Shown in pieces: positions 1 to 12,247 of a stretch of DNA of 64,000 nt. Every line of letters starts with the position of its first letter. Within the stretch, counting starts at the first letter, position 1. Below the pieces are notes generated by a model. It did no database searches. It had not been told where the DNA came from and saw only the letters and a list, made by a program, of their open reading frames with translations. The position numbers and the translations under genes were made by a program. Source of the DNA: Mytilus edulis (lineage: Eukaryota). The stretch is taken from assembly GCF_963676685.1 (NCBI RefSeq), contig NC_092344.1:104532001-104596000 (forward strand). The letters are read 5' to 3'.

Positions 1-1469
1 CCTTTTGTCTACGAAGAGGTATAACAAGATAACAATTATTTTTCCTATGGAATGTTTTAAAAGCAAAGGTTGTACAAGAACCGAAATAATTGAAGAGCTG
101 TATGACCGAAAATATAAAAAACAAAATAGTGAAATCATTTAAGGCCAACTTCGCCTTGTCAAAATCATATCATTTGGATTGAATTATGATATCGTGCAAT
201 CTTCAGGTAAAATTTACCACTGGCATCCATCAAATCTGTAAATGTTTTGTGTAATTATCTCTTTTGTTATTTTTTTTTTTTCCTTCTTCTGAAAACAATT
301 AATTCTTCTAAATCGTACGGGTTTTATATATAGAAAGGAAAATCGTAAAGGGTTAACGTATGTAAGGATCGTTTGGTTTCCCTTGTATGCTTATTGACTG
401 TCATGACTGTTGTTTTTCAATCACTTCTTCAGTCTTTTGGTTTGTTTCTTTTTTTGTTCGTGAGTGTGCTGCTTTACAGTTTGAAACAGCAAATTTGTTT
501 TTGCACATATGAAATGTTTGTGGTCTATTTGGGTTGTATCTATTTGATGTCTTCTACGAACCACATCAACCGATATGTAAATGTTAAGCTGAACGGTTTC
601 CTATTAACAAGTTATCGCTTAATTACAGTTTACTTTTTCATCGGAATAATTGTTTCTTATTTGGTTTGTCTATTATATTTTCCCAATCTGATTATCTATT
701 TTTGTAGACAAATTGGGTTTTTCAAGGCTTTATTGAATTTATGTGTTCTTCTGTGCGCTTTTTGCCAGTGTATTGAATAAAATTTAAAGGTTTATTCGTA
801 ATTTTCCCCGCTTGATAGGATACAAAGACATTGAACTCTAATGATCATAATAACATTGTATAGTCTATTCATACTATTTAGGTAGCATAGCTGTTATTGC
901 TGTGTATGCAAGTAATTTATTGCCCACTGTGTAGGTGCTGTGTAGTTTCCTTTTTGAAATTAAATGAAACAAAGCACAAAATCAAAATATATTTGTACAA
1001 TTAGGGTGACACCTTTTAAAAAGACAATGGTTGAAATAAAGGACGTGTAGTTAATCCATGCCCTAAATTCACATACCGTCTCATGTAAGGAACCTCATCT
1101 GTTGTTCTCCTTTGTCATGCCTTTATATTGTTTTGTTTATTACACAGTTGATGTATTTAGCAAATTTGGTGTTAATGGTACATAGTATTATTCATGGTTA
1201 TTGTCTCGTTTCAATTTGTTTAAATATTGTTCGGCATTTACCTTGGTTTATCGTAAATTTTCACTATACTAGTGTGATAGTGAAAACAACTACACATACC
1301 GTGTACTCAATTATCAAATTTCCAAAATATAATATGACACCCTATACCACACAATATCAACGACTAAACCTTCTTTAGCATCCAAACAGCTACTAAGTAC
1401 TGACCTACGTGACGGTGGGAATTTCAAATCATAATCATACCACATTTTATCTAGATTTAGATTTTGTAC

Positions 1470-1643
1470 CTTCACTATTTTACCATCAAGTTGTAACGTT
1501 TGTAAAGTAAAATCTACACCAATGGTCTGCTTGCAATCTCTATGAAAATGTCCAGTTGTGAACCGTCTAACAAAGCTGGTTTTCCCTACGTCTCCGTCTC
1601 CAACTAGAATTATTTTGAACAAATAATCGTATGAATCCCCCAT
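1470..1643 (-). CDS. Exon 1 of a divergent Rab43/Rab19-like GTPase paralog (paralog C); no further exons seen in the window
   Basis: MGDSYDYLFKIILVGDGDVGKTSFVRRFTTGHFHRDCKQTIGVDFTLQTLQLDGKIVK followed by a GT donor at 1469. It is 174 nt and phase 0, like exon 1 of paralog B (11930-12103), with P-loop and RabF1 IGVDF motifs. Confidence 0.85.
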
Positions 1644-2367
1644 TTTTTTTAGTTTCGTTTCAAATCATGACGACTTTTTAAAAGACAGACTAACCGTGCA
1701 AAGTATAATAAGCTGTTTAAAATTGTTGATTGTTGTTAAAGACCGGGGCTAGGGTATAAAAGGGAGACAATTTTTGAAAAAATGGATATATTCAAATTTA
1801 AGGCAGGGTTTAGGTCTAAGGAACATTTTTTAATATTTCTTATTCATTAATTACTTTTTTGGCAAAAAAAAATGTGCAGAGGTGGGAACATAAAAAAGAA
1901 ATATTTAGAGCCAAACAGATTGAAAAAATTCTTATTAATAATTAAAATATTTTAAAATGAAATTCTGAGGTGCAATATTTTTCAAATTCAAATCTTGTGA
2001 TTGACAGATGAGGAGGAGATACCCATGGCAACAGCTTGTTTATATTTACACAGGAAGTAGTGTGAAACCATGTGAATACATTCATGTCTAGATTATATAT
2101 TGCATGCACTAATGTACTGATAATCCACTTACCTATCAACATGGGAATAAGTATTATTATCCTAGACAGTGTATCAAGAAATCCATAGAATGTGTATTTT
2201 ACACCACAAGAATTATATAAAATCAGTATAAGTTTCAATTTCACAGATGAACCATGTGTTCACTTTTTCAGTATTTTCAAGAATAAGATGTTTGATGAGG
2301 TCTGGATTTAAAACAAAACTAGGTAACTTGAGGAATATTAATTTTAAAAATTTTCACTTAGCAATTT

Positions 2368-2925
2368 TTATTCCCATAGGTGGCCCATGTATGGGATGTT
2401 ATCAGGATTTGGGTGCCAGTTTCGCACAAGTTTCAATACACAATTTGGCATTATATCTCGTTTATGCCAGATAAAATTTTTGAATTTTGGATCACGTGCC
2501 AAGGCTTGTAATTTTCTTTCCTGATATCTATCATCTCTCCAAACATCTCTATGGTACAGCATTGTCCAAAAATATTTATATTTTTCCTTTCTTAAACTGT
2601 TATTTCTCCTGTGTCTTTGCTGACCCTCTGTCTCCCACCACATTTGTATGTTGCTTTCATCAGTTATACATGGTTTACATAAACAGAAAGGACATTCATC
2701 TCTATCTTCATTTTGCTGGATAACAAATCTGTTTACTTCTGTGTCCTCATTCGCATTGTCATCATTTTCAAGTATTTCATCAGTTTGGGTTGATTCATTC
2801 ACACAAGTTGCTTGCTCATCATTCAATTCATTCACATCCCAGTTATAATATCCAAACAAACTAAGAATTGTTTCTTTCTGTTCTTCATTTACAAAAAGTG
2901 ATTATTTTGTGCTCTCATTTGACAT
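2368..2925 (-). pseudogene. KolX-like accessory protein (resembles the P2X7 C-terminal Cys-rich domain) with a premature stop
   Basis: ATG at 2925 gives MSNESTK* (TAA 2904-2902); the frame then stays open to 2368 with CPFCLCKPCIT...LRKEKYKYFW...RDIMPNCVLKLVRNWHPNP..YMG. The ORF-track start at 2859 is a TTG. Confidence 0.65.
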
Positions 2926-3497
2926 ATTTGCAGAGATGACTACACTTCTATGTAGAAACTTGTGTAAAACAACTTTCCCTCCAAAATTTTTTTCTAAGAT
3001 TTATGGACAGTATCATGTTCTATCACATGGCATTGGGGAATTTCTAAGACCTTCTATTTGTTATATTTATTTTGTGTGTAGAACAGCTGATATTCCCCAC
3101 ACATAATAAAAATCAGACTTTTATCTGTAACTTTTACATGAAGAAATTAATCAACCAAATTAAAAGACAAATAATAGGTTCTGTCATGCTGAGATTCCTG
3201 GCTAGTTTTATGTAGCATTTTACTTAGGGGTCAGTACAGGATAAATTAATTAATTCTGTTCTTTTATTTTTTTTCTTGAAATAATTCATATATTCTTAAT
3301 ATTACAATTATAATTCATATTCTTCTTTTTATCTGAAGAAAAGAGGAAAACTATTAAAAAAAATTATTTCAATAAGCAAATTAGGTCATTTTTATATGAG
3401 ATTACAGAACTCCTGATGATACAGGCTCACTCATCATGCAGGTATCAAGTTCTCCTCTTAGACTTAGATTCATTTTGTGCAATTTGTTTATACCTAA

Positions 3498-5091
3498 ATG
3501 ATGGAAAAAGAATCTAAAAGACCTCCTTGTTTTAAAATATCTGTACCTGGTGATGATAGTAAGAAAAAAGATGTATTGGATAAATTACAACATGTACGAA
3601 GTATTATAGTAAAAGAGCTGAATCACCCTGTAAATAATGCTTACATTTTGGAGAAAGTACTGGATGAATTTATTTCTACCCACAGTCTAGACAACTCTGA
3701 GACCAAAATGGAAAATATGAATTTAAACACATATATTCAGGTGGAGAAAAAGGATGTTGATCAGCAACTTTTTGTGACAGCTGAAACTTCATTACAGAAA
3801 TTGGTCAGTGTTTCAGAAAATCATTCATCATTTTGTACAGGTCACTTTAAATTTAAAAAACGAACTCAAAAAGGACATGTAGCAGCGATTAGATTTACAT
3901 GTGACAAGGATAAGCATCACTCTGTACTTTGGTCATCATCTCCGTATTTGCCAAATGGAGAATATATGGTTAATTCAAGAATCTTCCACGGATATGAATG
4001 TAGTGGAATGTTACCGGTACATTACAACCGATTTTCACAGGGGGCCAATATTGGACATATCAATAAGTCTAAACAAAGTTACATGTTTGATAAATATAAA
4101 CGGTTTGTAGACGAAGAATACAACGACAGCATTGAGACTGCATTGATGGAAGAAGTTGGCATGTATGAAGACTTAACAAGTATTGATATTATGACCGATG
4201 CCCGACATGGCTGGAGGAAAAATGCTAAGGATTCAAGTGTTGTAGCCATAGGAGAGAAAATACACAAAGTACTGAAATGTGAACATATTACTAAAGCAGA
4301 CGACTTTGTATCACAGAGACACGAAAAACTTGGAACTCAAAGAATATACCAGTACTTAGATGATAATGATGTAAAAGTGGGTATTCATTCACATGACAGG
4401 AACATGAGTATAAACAAGTTGGTACGTGAATCTGGAGTAGTAAACCAGAATGATTCATGGCATGGAATAAAAGCAGTGAAAAGTGCAATGAAAAAAGTTT
4501 CCTCTGGACCTAAATATTTACAAGGTAAAACGTGGTCTGAACAGCTTGAGGACAAGGTAGAATCAGTAGCCACCCACTTTCATTGGGCAATTCGTAATTG
4601 CGAACAAAATCCTAAAGAGCTGAAGGACCTTTTGATTAATGTTGTGGAACATTACAAAAACAACCATACTAAATGTCACCCAGACTCCAGATGCAAAAGG
4701 GATTTAAATTATGAACCTAAAAGGTCAACCATCAATAAACCTATAGCAGAAAAACTACTTCTAGGTGTAATCCATAAATCCGTAATTTTCAAAAGTCCAG
4801 ATCATTTCGTTCTTGCACGTGATACATCATTATTATGTAGAAAGTTTTAACAATACAATGAACATGTTTCAGGATAAGAGAATTGTGTTTAGTGATGCAA
4901 ATTATAATACACGAGCCTGTTTAGCTGTCTGTCACTGGAATGAAAATGTGGACAGAGGCTTTACATCTATTTGGAATCCTGAAAGGAGAAATGCACCAAG
5001 AAGCATGAAAGGAAAGAAAAATTATAAATCTCCATCTTACTCTTATAGGAACAATATATGGAAAAGACAAATAAACTCCATTTATCTGTGA
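3498..5091 (+). pseudogene. Kolobok-type DDE transposase with one +1 frameshift near 4830
   Basis: Motifs IMTDARHGW, HSHDRN and NDSWHG lie in 3498-4850. The putative catalytic Glu (YYVESFNN) and C-terminus lie in the overlapping frame 4813-5091; there is one extra base in gat-aca-tca-t-tat-tat-gta-gaa. Confidence 0.8.
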
Positions 5092-5955
5092 CCACAATTT
5101 TGATAGACAAGACAGTTTTCTAAACTATAAAATACTACATAAAAATATGAAATTGTATGACAAAAAAATTTGGAGTTATGACAAAAAAATAAAGAAAGTG
5201 GATTGATTTTATTTAATTGTTATTTTTATTCTTTATATATATATTTAATCTGGAAATTAAATATGTAAATAATGTGTACAGTAAAATATTTTATTTACAT
5301 TTATTTCTTGTCTATTCAACATGTGTTATTGTTTACAATATCACCATCAGCTGTTTATTCCATTTCTTATCTATCTAAAGACTGCCCATATCCAAATAGG
5401 TTTAATTGCTGTAGGGGTGTAAAATTTTCTAGGTCATCCCCGGTCTTTAAGTGTAAACATTAGAATTACTTCCCATATAATGTGTACTTACCGCGGTTAT
5501 TTAAATCACTTTGAAATATCTTTAAGTCATATAAAACCTCAAATTAAAAAAAAATATGCATATGTTTTTTATAACTTAACGGATAGTTTTCATTATAAAA
5601 TATATACTTTTTTCTATAAAAAATTCTTTAATTTGTCCACATTTAGAGGAAGTTTACTTTTTTTAATTGCTTGCTTCCAGGAAGCAATTAGCCGACATAT
5701 TTTCCATATGCAAAGTGACCTTACCGTGACCCTGTTCGTAAAAATCCGGTGATCGCAATATGCATGGATCTGTCATTAAAATAAACAAATATCTGATTGT
5801 ACATGTTAAACACGTGCTCAATATCCATGCCTTTGTGTTGATTGTTTACTATAAGGTGATAACTACTTACATCAAAAATATAAATAAAAGTGGAAGAAAA
5901 CAGCATTCTCTTATTAAATGCGGATGAAACTCGGTTGTTCTGTAAATGATAAGTA

Positions 5956-5956
<1 letters not shown>

Positions 5957-6012
<56 letters not shown>
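5957..6012. repeat. (GTAA)14 microsatellite
   Basis: Perfect tetranucleotide array. Confidence 0.95.
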
Positions 6013-6715
6013 TGACTTTATTTAAAGAGGTTGACTCAATTAGCCTTCGCTAATCTACTTTGAGGCCCTCACAAAGAACAAACAGTACAAATATTACAAA
6101 ATGTGCATTGTTTTTTGGTTGTTTGTTTGTTTGGGTTTTTTTCGGTTTGTCAAGATATGATACTATATGTAAACAAATGTGTTTTTTAAATAAATAATAT
6201 ATTTCTTAACATTATGACGCTCCCAAAACTTTTGGTGTAAAAATACTTTTATTGATTGTGCTGTTGTATATAGTATGAAATTTATACTCACTCAATAACA
6301 AAATAAATATTTTTTATGCATTTAGAATGGAACAAAATCTTAACAGTTGCTTTCAATCCGAAGTAACGTGCAGATTTGATCTATTATTAATCAATTTCCC
6401 TTAGTAAAGTTCGTACTGCTTAATCTTGAGTCTTACGTATTTTCATTTGTAGACTTGTTTGTCTTTTTGTAATGGCTTCTTCGGATTTAAAACTTTAACT
6501 AAGCAAGATTGTGACCACTATATATTGTTTCTTTCCCCAGTATGAATGCACTTGAATGTAAAAGAACCTAATCGAATAATTTCTTACTTTTTTTGGATCG
6601 TGCTTTAAGTTTCTTAAATGAATTATAAGGTTTTAAAATTTCACTCCATATTCTTAAATATTTGATGAAATCTTTCAGCAATGTCAATGGTCTCATCGGA
6701 GTTATGAATATATTA

Positions 6716-7320
6716 GGTGAAAAGTAAAATCACAAAAATACTGAAATCAGAGGAGAATCCAATCGGAAAGTCCATAATCACATGGCAAAATCAAATGACA
6801 AAACACATCAAAAACGAATGGACAAGAACTGTCATATTCCTGACTTGGTACAGGCATTTTCAAATGTAGAAAATGGTGGATTAAACCTGGTTTTAAAGCG
6901 CTAAACCTCTCACTTTGATGACAGTCTCATCAAATTCCGTTACATTAATAATGATGTGTGAACTAAACAGACATAATATAAATAAAATAGTCAAAATATG
7001 GGTACAGCAGTCTTCATCGCGTAACAATTTTAAAAGGAACAATTTAACAGAACACAAAAAAACATCTATCTACAAACACGTTCATTGATTTGCGTGTCTG
7101 ACGTCAGAAAATTTTATACGTCACATAAATATGTCGTTTAATGTATATACAAACATATTAAAAATTTCACATGGGCAATGTTAGCATACAGGTTAAAAAA
7201 TCAAAGTATGTAAGAATTAATTTCAGAAATAGACCGAGATTTAAAATAGTCCAAAAGTTATATAGAATTTATAAGAATCCACAAATAGTTCATTCCACTA
7301 CGCGATTGCATAATTTTGAC
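6716..7320 (-). mobile_element. Non-coding 3' fragment of a PLE-like repeat (family 3) containing a twister-like motif
   Basis: Homologous to 13710-14190 and 41323-41640; shorter terminal pieces at ~7745-7825, ~16250-16385 and ~52810-52880. Confidence 0.65.
6828..6925 (-). ncRNA. Twister-like ribozyme, type-P5 permutation (family 3 variant)
   Basis: Sense RNA: ACUGUCAU..GUGA-GAGGU..UAA-UCC-ACC, P3 CAUUUUC/GAAAAUG, P4 CCUG-UACCAAGU-CAGG, A..AUGACAGU (P5 pairs). P2 is imperfect. Confidence 0.6.
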
Positions 7321-9862
7321 TTATAGACCCATTGGGTCAGGTGTATATGTATATATTATTTTAAACTATGTTAATTGACACAGTATTGTAACTACACAAT
7401 TCACTAAAATGATTAATCTACTAACTTGCTTACTTTTTTGTTTTAACCATATGAAGCTCTGTAGCTTTACGTTTGCTCTTTAGTATTAGTCCCATCCTTT
7501 AATTTTTACTTGTATAGTATATATGCATTCATGTATTACTCCATGTTCATGTCCATAGAAATGGCTCATTGTATTCATTTATTATAAATACTATTGGGTA
7601 TATTATAAACAATGTCAAAAACTATTGACATTAGAACGATACTCAACAGGATGCTTAAATCATTAATATTTGAATAGATATATAACCAAATGCGACAATT
7701 TTTAATATAGTCAACAGTTGTTGTCAATTTGTAAGATGTTTTTCATCATTTGATTTTGCCTTTGATTAGGGAATTTCAGTTTTGAATTTTCCTCGGAGTT
7801 CAGTATTTTTGTAATTTTACTTTTTGTCTGAGGGAGTTACAACCTTAGTCAGTTAGATTCTGACTGATTTTAAACTGTTCAACGAAACATTCACAGCTGA
7901 ACCGATTATGCCTCAAGATTTTAACAGTTCAACAGCAACGATATAGACCAAGCGTTCTTCATATTTAAAACTTTGATTAAGCTATATTATGTCCCCTTTA
8001 TAGTTTTCCTTTCGCAAGCATGGATGCACATGAATGTAAAATAACCTATCAAAATGCAATATTTCTTACTTTTTATTGATCACGCGTTTTGTTTTAATGG
8101 AATTTCAATATTTTGAAATACTTGATGAATATCTATGCTTAATTTCTACTTATAGAGCATATATGCATTCATTTATTGTTTCATTTCCGTTCCGTAGAAA
8201 TGGCAAATTATATTAATTCATTACAATTGTTATATTAAAATTTTAGTTGTTATAGTAAAATTGTGAATTGCCAAAGACAAAATTTTAATATAACAGAAAT
8301 ACTAGTAGGTATATGATAAAACATGTCAGATATTCTTGGCATTAGAACGGACCTCAACAATGCTGTATATTACAATAATATTTGAATAGATATATAAACA
8401 AATGCGAAAAAACGATTTATATATATAAAGTCAACCTTGCCTGAGAGAGTTAGGACCTTAGTTTCTGAATGATATTAAACTGTTTAACGAAACATTGACT
8501 GCTGAACATTGTTCCTTTAGTTTTTAGCAGTTCTCCAGCAGCGACCAAGTGGCGGAAATTCAATACACCACTTACTCATACAGGTTGTTGTTGCCAGAGA
8601 AATGAATTTAACAAACATGCAAATAGAATATATAAAAAAAGACCACAACATAAGTACTCAACAGACACCATAAAGTTTTCAACGTTAACCAGGATATTAC
8701 TACATCTCAGAACTGTTCGTTCGTCCTTTTTATAGGAAAACACGGAAACCAGCCTTGAATCTAAGTTAAACAAAAATGTTAATCTTGTTCATAGAAATCT
8801 AAAACTTGTGACTACTCGATACTTTCTTGTTATTGAAATGCGTTCAACAAGAAACTGAGATATTTCTGTAAGGAAATGCCAACATATTCTCCATGTATAT
8901 TAGTATTTTTCAAAATATCTGTTTATAGATATAGGAAGATGTGGTGTGAGTGCCAATGAGACAACTGTTATGTTTATTATAATACTGAGAGGCGACAAGA
9001 CTGTTAATGAAACAACTACACCAAAGATAAAAGGAAACGGATGTGGATAGCAAAATTTTGGCTCATTGCCTTCAATAATGATCAAATCAGTACAGTAAAG
9101 TAAGCTATAAAAAGCCCATCACCCTGTGACAAACATTATTCGGTTATGAAAATGCATAAAAGAAATGGTTTTATGTAAGCAGTGTTACCAGTTCTTCACA
9201 ATTGAAATTAACAACAAATTGCATACTTTCTTTTATATAAAAATATAGTTAGACAAGTAAAACATTGAATATCGCAATTCCTGGGCTAAATTATAAACTT
9301 TATACATGTTATAAACATAATTGAAAGACTAGTTTACAGCCAGAAGTGACATTTCATATACCAGTAAACAACTAATGTATATATCATAAACAATTTTGAT
9401 AAATATTTACATTATTATTAGATATAACGCAGAACCTGAAATTAAGACATAAAAATAATTCTGTATTCATTTTTGAATTTCACCTTCAAGATACTTTAAA
9501 AAGTAACATACTATCTTTAAACTAATAACAGAAAACATTTCATCATTTCATCTTAAGGACGATCCTAATAGTTGTGTACAGGTTGAAAAGAGATTAAGTT
9601 TTAGTTTTAATACAGAACGTTGAATAAACATTCCAGTAGCTTGATGGGTATTTCAAAAATGCTTGATAAATTCACTTAAAAGATTTATTTTACAGTCCGT
9701 GCAAAATTAGTTTAAAAAATTATGAATGTCATAACTGCGACACATTTGAGAATTACCAATGCCTCTTATGAAAAGGGCTGTGAAATAAAAGTAAAAATAA
9801 TAAATAGTATCCTCTAATATTAAAGAACAACCATTCGATCACTTTGTTAAACATTTTGAATG

Positions 9863-12103
9863 TTAATATCCGCAACATCCCCACCAAGATGCAGTATTGT
9901 CTGGTATAGAGTCTAGCCTTATTGAGTCAGATCTATAATCCATAGAATCAAAATACGTCCTGGATAGTTCCTAAAACAAAACATATAGCAATTAGTATGA
10001 CAACAATTATTGTTCATTATCTATATTCACAATCAAGGAGGGAACTGTTACAGTATTGCTTTACGTTCAGTGTGTATTATTTAGGATATTCATGATCTTA
10101 ATATAAGACAGTCTAAGACATGTTAACTCAATTGTTGTCGTCTAAGTAAGATATGCAAATTTTAAGATTGGTCTGGTGAGACAACTCGTTGTCGTCACAG
10201 GAAGAACAATCCTTTTTCTGAGGTAAAACAGGTTTAATCATTACAAGGAATTTTCTTAATTTATCAGTATGGTACATTTGCGGTCAACGCCGTTTACCAT
10301 TACTTACCTGAGCCAATTTATAAAAAGCATCATCTACATTTCGGCCATCTTTAGCGCTTGTTTCTGAAAAGGACATCATATTATGTTTTCTTGCAAAGTG
10401 TTCGCCATCTGATGAACTTACTGTTCGACCACTCAATTTATCACATTTATTACCTGCAAAAATAAAACACTATAATGCAAACATAATAATTGAACTGTTG
10501 GCCATGTATATCAAAGTATAGCAGTGAGTTGTAGTATTCAACGTATCCCTTTTGGTTCACAATGAATAATTAAACAGTACGAATGTGTTTTTCTGCTTTT
10601 CATACACGTACGACAGCAATCTACTTGGAATTAAAGCATTTAATGATGTTAAATGATATTTTTTTAAGTTGTGGTTTCACTGTATTTAATCGATTTATTA
10701 TATAACTAAATATAGCAACAGGCTTATTAACAAACATATTTTCCGAACTCACATCACTTTTTTGAGCAAAAATAAATATGTAAGCCTCAATATCAAACGG
10801 TATTATCTTACAGTAAGACATATTTTACAATTTTTGCAGTTTTTCATTGAATGCAAGTCCGAAAACCTAAAGCAAAATAAGAAGGATAAAATCAAAGATA
10901 CGATATCACTAATATCTGAATAACAAACGTCTTGGGGACGTGTGAAGATTTTAATTTTAATTTTAGGAATGACTGTAATATTTTTTCTTTCTATGAAGAA
11001 ATAACATAAAAAATTTGGTGCGCACTGAATAACGCGTGTAGCGGGTTATTTAACAGTGTTCGCCACATTTTTTTTTTTTGTTATTTCGAATAGACAAAAA
11101 CAATATTACAGTCATTTCTTATAATTTAATTCTAAATTCCATTTTAAACCGTAGAAAACCATGAAAAAACGTTGCAATGATGACGTCACGGTCACATGAC
11201 TAAATTATGTCTATGGGCTGATAGCAAAATAACGTCAGCCAATCAGAAGACGCGTTACATCCAAGATTAAATTATTGTTAGATAATTCAAATTAAAAAAA
11301 AAACCAGAAAACTAAAATGGCGTGGTAGAAAATACCTAGTAATAATTTTGGAATGTCTTGACCACTGTACATGCTGACGTCATTCATCCATCTGACGCAG
11401 TTATGTAGTGATTCTGTGTTGGTGACGTCATACACAACCAATGCAGCATGTGCATTACGATAATATCCTGTTGTAAGACTTCTGAATCTTTCTTGTCCTG
11501 TCGTGTCCCAAATTTGTAGCTGTTCAGGATATTAATATTACACATTAATAAAAATACGATTGACAGTGTATTGGAGGCCGTATATCTATAATGACTTCAC
11601 TTATAGCTGTAACTAGCAGATACTAGTAAACTAATCTAATTTAGGGTTTTTCTCCAGATTATCATATAATATTTTTGTAAAATATAACGACGGACGAACA
11701 AACAGAGAGAACAGACGCAGACTAAAGACAAAAGCTAAAAAAAAAACCATGAAAGGTATACAGTTAATTTATTTATCGAATTACTGATAATTATACTGTC
11801 GTTGTTCAATCACCTAGTGTGGGTATTCGATGTATCATATGCACACCCTTTATAAAAAGGTCGAAATACCTCCCCTCCCTCCTCCCCCGAAAGACTATTT
11901 ATATCCAAATGTATAAAAAAAAAGTTTACCTTTACAATTTTACCATCAAGTTGCAACGTTTGTACAGTGAAATCTACACCAATAGTCGACTTGTACTCCT
12001 GCTGAAATCTGCCTGTAGTGAACCGTCTTACAAGGCTGGTTTTCCCAACGGCTGGGTCCCCGACTAAAATTATTTTGAACAAATAATCATATGTTTCTCC
12101 CAT
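9863..12103 (-). CDS. Divergent Rab43/Rab19-like small GTPase (paralog B), 4 coding exons, 203 aa
   Basis: Exons 12103-11930, 11519-11336, 10453-10308 and 9970-9863, all with GT-AG introns. Motifs GDPAVGKT, TIGVDF, WDTTGQE, GNKCD, ETSAK and C-terminal WWGCCGY*. Exons 2-4 (184/146/108 nt) match the Rab43 gene. Confidence 0.92.
10962..11275. mobile_element. Hairpin-forming MITE-like repeat in intron 2 of paralog B
   Basis: Imperfect inverted repeat ggaatgactgtaatatt...aatattacagtcatttc (~10965-11120), followed by a repeat-like tail. Confidence 0.5.
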
Positions 12104-12167
12104 TTTAGTTTCGTTTTTAAAACATGACGAATTATTGAATGACGAAGTGATCATACATTTTAAAATA

Positions 12168-12247
12168 ACCGGAAGTTTTTACTCTGCTGATAAATGTAAA
12201 CAATGATTTACTTCCCATATCATGTTAAATAACCGCCGTTATTCAAA
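12168..12247. promoter_or_regulatory. Proximal promoter block of paralog B (ETS-type ACCGGAAGT plus a block shared with paralog C)
   Basis: ACCGGAAGT at 12168-12176; 12195-12247 aligns to 5452-5505. Confidence 0.5.

Larger units (their letters stand above)
1740..5446. mobile_element. Kolobok-superfamily DNA transposon (3.7 kb), apparently full length, with two divergently oriented ORFs
   Basis: TTAA at 1736-1739 and 5447-5450 flanks 9-bp TIRs AGACCGGGG...CCCCGGTCT. It encodes a DDE transposase (+) and a Cys-rich KolX-like protein (-). A TTAA TSD, purine termini and two ORFs fit Kolobok. Confidence 0.85.

Noticed and set aside
373-1378. Hydrophobic ORFs 373-780 and 1112-1378
   Set aside because: Non-ATG starts and T-rich composition; they lie antisense within the presumed intron 1 of Rab paralog C.
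5957-6012. (GTAA)n as an array of GTAAGT splice donors
   Set aside because: It is on the strand opposite the local genes; an ordinary microsatellite explains it.
12104-12154. 17-aa N-terminal extension of paralog B from an upstream in-frame ATG
   Set aside because: Not conserved in frame in paralog C and close to the promoter motifs; cannot be excluded without transcripts.
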